NCBI GenBank assembly: GCA_963704165.1
Contig: CAVPHD010000003.1
Location: forward strand, 548,217 to 612,216
From: an uncultured delta proteobacterium
GTDB taxonomy: Bacteria; Myxococcota_A; UBA9160; SZUA-336
Direction of reading: 5' to 3'
Length of the DNA stretch: 64,000 bases
The position numbers and the translations under genes are program-made. How positions within the stretch are numbered: position 1 is the first letter of the stretch; every line of letters begins with the position of its first letter. Shown here one piece after another: positions 59,949 to 64,000 of this stretch. The notes under the pieces were generated by a model. That model was given only the letters and a program-made list of their open reading frames with translations, searched no databases and was not told the DNA's origin.

Positions 59949-60725
59949 CTATGATTGCCCGTTCCGGTGCCCGGAATCCGAACCGGCTACTTCTCGCACG
60001 GCAAAGTCGACGAACTCGACCGCCCGGGGCGCTGGATCGCTCGCACCCGGCTGGCTGCGCCATGCGAGCGAGTGCTCGATGAGACCAGACCACTGCGGGT
60101 ACTCCCGCTGGGCCCAAAGCGCGGCCTGTCGCTTGGAGGTCTGTCGAGAGGATCGGCAGACGTGCAGCGCTCGGCAGATCGTGAGCACCGCGTATGCGTG
60201 GAAGCCCGGCTGATCGGAGAGCGCGATCCAGCTTGGCCACGCGTGCAGATGCGCCCGAACCTCGGCCAGGAATTCACCACTCGTAATGGTCGGCATCCAC
60301 ACCGTCGGTGGCAGACCGAGCAGGGTCTGACCCTGCTCCTGAAGCAGATACCAGTTGATGATGTGCTGGCTGGTATCGGTCAGGTGGAGGGGCTCACCGG
60401 GGCTGATGAAAGCCGTACGGCTCGGCTGCGAGCGGAAGCTGCGGAGCGCCGCGACCGGGACGTAGATCACGTCCACGCGATCGTCCCACGAAGGGTGAGT
60501 CACGGCTAGATCCCCGTGCAGCCGCTCCAAGTCGTGAAGGCGCGCTTCAACTTCGAACGAACACGCCACGACGAGGTCCAGGTCGCTTCGGTCCGGGTCG
60601 AAGTCGCCCGCCACGGCAGAGCCGTACAGACAGACGGAAACCACTTGATCCGCGAAGACAATCTGCAATCGCTCGATCAGGTCTCGCAGCACTTCGTTCG
60701 CGGATACGTGCGGCGTCAGTCGCAT
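59949..60725 (-). CDS. Aminoglycoside adenylyltransferase-like nucleotidyltransferase (AadA/DUF4111-like)
   Basis: LYGSAVAGDFDPDRSDLDL pol-beta motif; YAVLTICR..TSKRQAALWA C-terminal domain. Confidence 0.8.
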   Translation of the reverse strand: MRLTPHVSANEVLRDLIERLQIVFADQVVSVCLYGSAVAGDFDPDRSDLDLVVACSFEVEARLHDLERLHGDLAVTHPSWDDRVDVIYVPVAALRSFRSQPSRTAFISPGEPLHLTDTSQHIINWYLLQEQGQTLLGLPPTVWMPTITSGEFLAEVRAHLHAWPSWIALSDQPGFHAYAVLTICRALHVCRSSRQTSKRQAALWAQREYPQWSGLIEHSLAWRSQPGASDPAPRAVEFVDFAVREVAGSDSGHRNGQS

Positions 60726-60797
60726 CGCGGGACCTCCCGCCGGTCCGCGGACCAATGCTCCGCTTCCGCTCTTGACCTCATCAGCTTCGATCCGGCC

Positions 60798-60929
60798 GCG
60801 TAGGTCTTCGGCTTCGGCTGCCAGAGCCCGCGCCGCGTCCTTGATCGAACCTACACCGCATGATGCCACGCGCTCCCGGTGGTGGACAGAGCCAAGCGGG
60901 CCCTCGTCAGTTGCAAGCCCTTGTTGGGC
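60798..60929 (-). mobile_element. attC-like site (intact R'', decayed R')
   Basis: Minus: GCCCAAC-AAGGG-CTTGCAAC-TGACGAGGGCCCGC...GCGGGCTCTGGCA-GCCGAAG-CC; R' unrecognisable (CCTACGC). Confidence 0.7.
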
Positions 60930-60949
60930 AGCGGCCCTTCGGACTCCGA

Positions 60950-61360
60950 TCACGGCTCAACGGTAACCACGACAGACGGCGCGGACCGTTGGGCGGGACC
61001 GTGATGAACAACCTCCAGGTTGTTGCCGTCAGGATCAAGGAAGTAAGCGCTGTAGTACCCCGGGTGGTATGCACGCGCGCCGGGGGCTCCGTTGTCACTT
61101 GCACCTGCCGCAATCGCTTCGCGATAGCAGCGATCGACCTCACCGCGATCAGCCGCCTGGAACGCGAGGTGGACACGCGAAGTCTGTTCGCCCCCGCCTG
61201 CCGTCACGAATAGTTCGTCGGCGGCGAAGAACCCCGGCCCGTCCATGGTGATGTCGCGTTCGAGCGAACGCAGGACACTACGATAGAACAGCTTGCTCGC
61301 CTCGAGATCCGCCACGCGGAGGTGCACGTGGTCGATCAGCCTTCCGAGATGAAGCTCCAT
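60950..61360 (-). CDS. VOC/glyoxalase family protein
   Basis: GRLIDHVHL, VHLAFQA, YHPGYYSAYFLDPDGNNLE. Confidence 0.9.
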   Translation of the reverse strand: MELHLGRLIDHVHLRVADLEASKLFYRSVLRSLERDITMDGPGFFAADELFVTAGGGEQTSRVHLAFQAADRGEVDRCYREAIAAGASDNGAPGARAYHPGYYSAYFLDPDGNNLEVVHHGPAQRSAPSVVVTVEP

Positions 61361-61385
61361 CCTTGCGAGTCTCCCACGTGCCGGC

Positions 61386-61420
61386 GCCTGACGGGAATGG
61401 AGTTCAGCGGCTTCTTGGAC
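61386..61420 (-). mobile_element. Collapsed attC-like site (35 bp)
   Basis: Minus: GTCCAAG-AAGCC-GCTG-AACTCCATTCCC-GTCAGGC; both outer boxes present, central stem missing. Confidence 0.55.
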
Positions 61421-61430
61421 GGCGGGCTGG

Positions 61431-61995
61431 TCAGGGACGGTTCAGCTTGAACTGCTTCGCGTACTCTGGGAACTCGTTCAGGACTTCGATGGCGATGCCG
61501 ACGGACGGGCCGACGGCGGCGACGATCTCTTTGGGACTCGGCACCGACTTCTTTTCTGCGAGACGCTGTGCGACGAAGTCGTGCATCTCGGGGATCCGGG
61601 CCCGGCGCTCGGCCTCCTCTTCCTCGGTAAGCGGCTGTTGGACGTGGATGTGGTTGCCGAGGAAAGAGGTGCGTGAGGTAGATGACCGGGAACTCGTACG
61701 GAGCAGCCGAGATCACCTCTGCGGCTCCGGGACGGCGCTCGTTCCACTCGTCTGCCAAGGCCTGCGCGTCCGCGACCTTGATGTTCAGCCAGACGTTCGA
61801 CGGAGTGCCGGGATGCTCGTTGAGCGCGATCTCGAGCCCGTCGCGGGAGACCCAGGCGATCCTCGGCTCGCCGGGCGCCTCCTTCCATTCACCGTCGAGC
61901 TGGAAGCCGAGCCAGTCGACGTAGTAGTCGATCGCCTGCTCCATCGACCGGACCCCGAGGACCGGGTGCCACGATTGAAAGTTTCGCTCGGCCAT
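61431..61995 (-). CDS. VOC/bleomycin-resistance-like protein with C-terminal helical extension, frameshift near 61660
   Basis: PVLGVRSMEQAIDYYVDWLGF; alternate frame GNHIHVQQPL...EYAKQFKLNRP*; GAGGA RBS. Confidence 0.75.
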
Positions 61996-62081
61996 CGGTT
62001 CCTCCTCTCCCGTCTCCGGCGACTCCAAAGCGACTGGAAAGACGCGCCAGGGCATCGCGCTACGGCTACGTCACTCCCGTC

Positions 62082-62209
62082 GCCCAACGGCTCGCGGCCA
62101 AGCTGCCGACCCGCTGGCCGGCTGGCTGGAACCGCTTGGTTTCGTTGCCCAATGGTACACGGTTGATGATCGCGAGCTGTGGCAGGTCAGCTTCATCCGC
62201 TCGCTAGCC
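62082..62209 (-). mobile_element. attC-like site (128 bp)
   Basis: Minus: GGCTAGC-GAGCG-GATGAAGCTGACC...GGCAGCTTGGCCGCGAGCC-GTTGGGC; R'' contains the upstream gene's stop codon. Confidence 0.75.
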
Positions 62210-62853
62210 AGAGCCTTCCAGCTCGGCGTTGTGCGCTCGTTCAAGTTCGGTGAGCGACTCTGGAACAACCAAGGTTTCGCAGTGCCGAAGAAAGAGCAGC
62301 GCGATACCCACGCCGACGACGAGATCCGGCCACAGGGTTCCAAACCAGGCGACCAGTGCGGCTGCTATGAGAACCGCGCCATTCGCGATGAGGTCGTTGC
62401 GAGAGCAGAGCCACGTCGGATCGGAGGTTCGATATCGTCTGCTCGATGTCGCCAAGACGAAGGAAGCAGCATCCGTTCGCGGCGAGGGCAGCTACGCCAT
62501 CGGCACCATCGCCGGGGCACGCGGAAGAACACCGGTAGAAGCCTGAGGATCGCTTCCGCCAAACGCCGAGAGGGGCCGAAACCAGCCATGACGACGCCCT
62601 TCACCAGAGCCGCGCGAGAGCGCCACACAATACTTCGATGGAGGACAAGAGGCTGAATCCGTAGACGAGCGAGTCGCCGAGCGTGTCCAGCGAATCGGCG
62701 AGAAGTGCGGTCAGCCCGCGGAGAAGACCGGCTCCGAATTCGATGCAGAACATGGTTGCATTGATCGCCAGCACTGCTGCAAGGGTATCCGCCACTGGCG
62801 CAGCCGGCAGGCCGACAGTTCGCTCTGCCCTGGCTTCGCAGCATTCGATCCAT
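62204..62853 (-). pseudogene. CDF-family cation transporter (short CzcD-like), multiple frameshifts
   Basis: VLAINATMFCIEFGAG..ALLADSLD.LGD..VYG; WLCSRNDLIAN..WPDLVVG. Confidence 0.75.
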
Positions 62854-62884
62854 CGGTCGCAGTACCTCAGCTCGGCGTGGCGCT

Positions 62885-62945
62885 GGCTAACGCTCGGCAT
62901 CAGCGGAGGCGCGCAGCGCCGTCCGCTGCCGTGCCGTTGCGGGGC
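62885..62945 (-). mobile_element. attC-like site (61 bp, classic 59-be size)
   Basis: Minus: GCCCCGC-AACGG-CACGGCAGC-GGACGGCGCTGCGCGCCTCC-GCTGATG-CCGAGC-GTTAGCC. Confidence 0.78.
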
Positions 62946-62950
62946 GGCGA

Positions 62951-63674
62951 TCAGTCGGGGCCGTGCATGCTGGCTCTTCGACTTTGCCTGGGCAGGCGTC
63001 TGCGCGAGGACACCGTCCTCCATCTCGTAGAATGTGTCGAACACGTCCGGCCCGGTGGTCGTGCGTCACGACGATTACTCCAGTGCCGTGCTGGTGGGCC
63101 ACTTCGCGGAACAGCCCCATCACCTGACGGCCCGCGTCGCTGTCGAGGGCGGCGGTCGGCTCGTCGGCGAGGATGAGGCTGGGCTGATTCGCCAGTGCGC
63201 GGCGACGGTGACGCGCTGCTGCTCGCCCCTGCGAGTTGGGTGGGTCGCTTGGAGGCGCACACCCACGCCCCGTGCGCCAGCAGCTCCATCGCGCGGCGGC
63301 GGGCTCCGACGGCGGCTGACCGATCAGCTCGCCCACGACCTGGACGTTCTCGACCGCATTTAGGAACGGGATCAGGTTGGATTCTGGAACACGAAGCCGA
63401 TGTTCTCGCGGCGAAAGCGACGCAGATCGGCGACGGCGCGCCGCGCGTCCACGACGGGCTTGCCGCCGATGGCCACGCGCCCGCGGGTGGGCGGGTTGAT
63501 GAGGCCGACGCAGAGGAGGAACGTGGACTTGCCCGCGCCGCTCGGGCCGAGCAGGGCGACGATCTCGCCGCGGCGCACGCGCATGGACGCATCGCGCATG
63601 GCGACCACCTCGGTGTGCCCGCTGCCGTACACCTTGGTCAGTCCGTCGGTCTCCAGTGCCAGCGTCTCGCCCAT
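62951..63674 (-). CDS. ABC transporter ATP-binding protein (LolD/MacB-type), multiple frameshifts
   Basis: GPSGAGKST, IGFVFQ, NLIPFLNAVENV, ILADEPTAALD, VVTHD. Confidence 0.82.
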
Positions 63675-63701
63675 TCCGATGCGATCCTGCAACCGTTCGC
63701 G

Positions 63702-64000
63702 TCAACCGATGGCCTCGTTGGGGGCAACGCGCATCGCCTTCCAGATGCCCAGGAGGCTCGCGAGCACCGAAATGACCAACACGATTCCCGCCCAAGCGGA
63801 GCAGATCGTCATTCGTCACCAGCACGCGCCGGGGGAACATCGGGAAGAGCCGCAGCCCGATGAGGTACCCCGACGCCGAACGCCAGCGCCCCCATGATGA
63901 GGGATTGCTGGAGGATCAGCCCGACAATGGTGTGGTTGGGGAGCGCCGATGAGCTTGAGGAGCGCGATCGGATGGAGCTTGTCGAGCGTGAGCGTGTAGA
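63702..64000 (-). CDS. ABC transporter permease (FtsX/MacB-type), 3' part only, frameshifted
   Basis: YTLTLDKL..IALLKLIGAP..IVGLILQQ..ASLLGIWKAMRVAPNEAIG*; directly upstream of the ATPase gene. Confidence 0.7.

Larger units (their letters stand above)
55102..62945 (-). mobile_element. Degenerate integron gene-cassette array (CALIN-like); no integrase in window
   Basis: Six attC-like hairpins plus half-sites between small unrelated genes, all with top strand = minus; cassette start/end complementarity. Confidence 0.75.

Noticed and set aside
55102..62945. Intergenic palindromes as CRISPR repeats, REP elements or terminators
   Set aside because: Not identical repeats and spacing is gene-sized; no poly-U tails; box architecture and cassette-end complementarity fit attC better
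1..64000. Frameshifts in many genes as programmed frameshifting or mass pseudogenisation
   Set aside because: Single-base indels scattered through unrelated, otherwise conserved genes and clustered locally (44-46 kb, 62-64 kb) fit long-read consensus error better; cannot be resolved without reads

Overview
High-GC, gene-dense bacterial DNA. Its gene content (many acyl-CoA dehydrogenases and crotonases, secreted proteins with TSP3-type repeats) resembles uncultured Myxococcota/Deltaproteobacteria-like lineages; this is inference only. Many recognisable genes are split by single-base frameshifts, suggesting an unpolished long-read assembly, so pseudogene calls are uncertain. The first ~46 kb holds lipid/acyl-CoA catabolism genes, galM, a complete liv ABC operon, transporters, an orphan imuA-like gene with a candidate SOS operator, a secreted lysyl-oxidase-family protein, a ThiS/MoaD + BNR + TauE unit and an ATP-grasp/alpha-E/transglutaminase operon. 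The main unannotated structure lies at ~55-63 kb, with traces to ~51 kb. Small unrelated minus-strand genes are separated by degenerate integron attC-like hairpins, all in the same orientation and with cassette-end complementarity. No integrase is visible in the window. No site keeps both its AAC and GTT core triplets, and five R' cores read GTC instead of GTT. This looks like a frozen or decaying cassette array (CALIN, or the distal end of a chromosomal integron) carrying an AadA-like nucleotidyltransferase. No rRNA, tRNA or CRISPR array was recognised.
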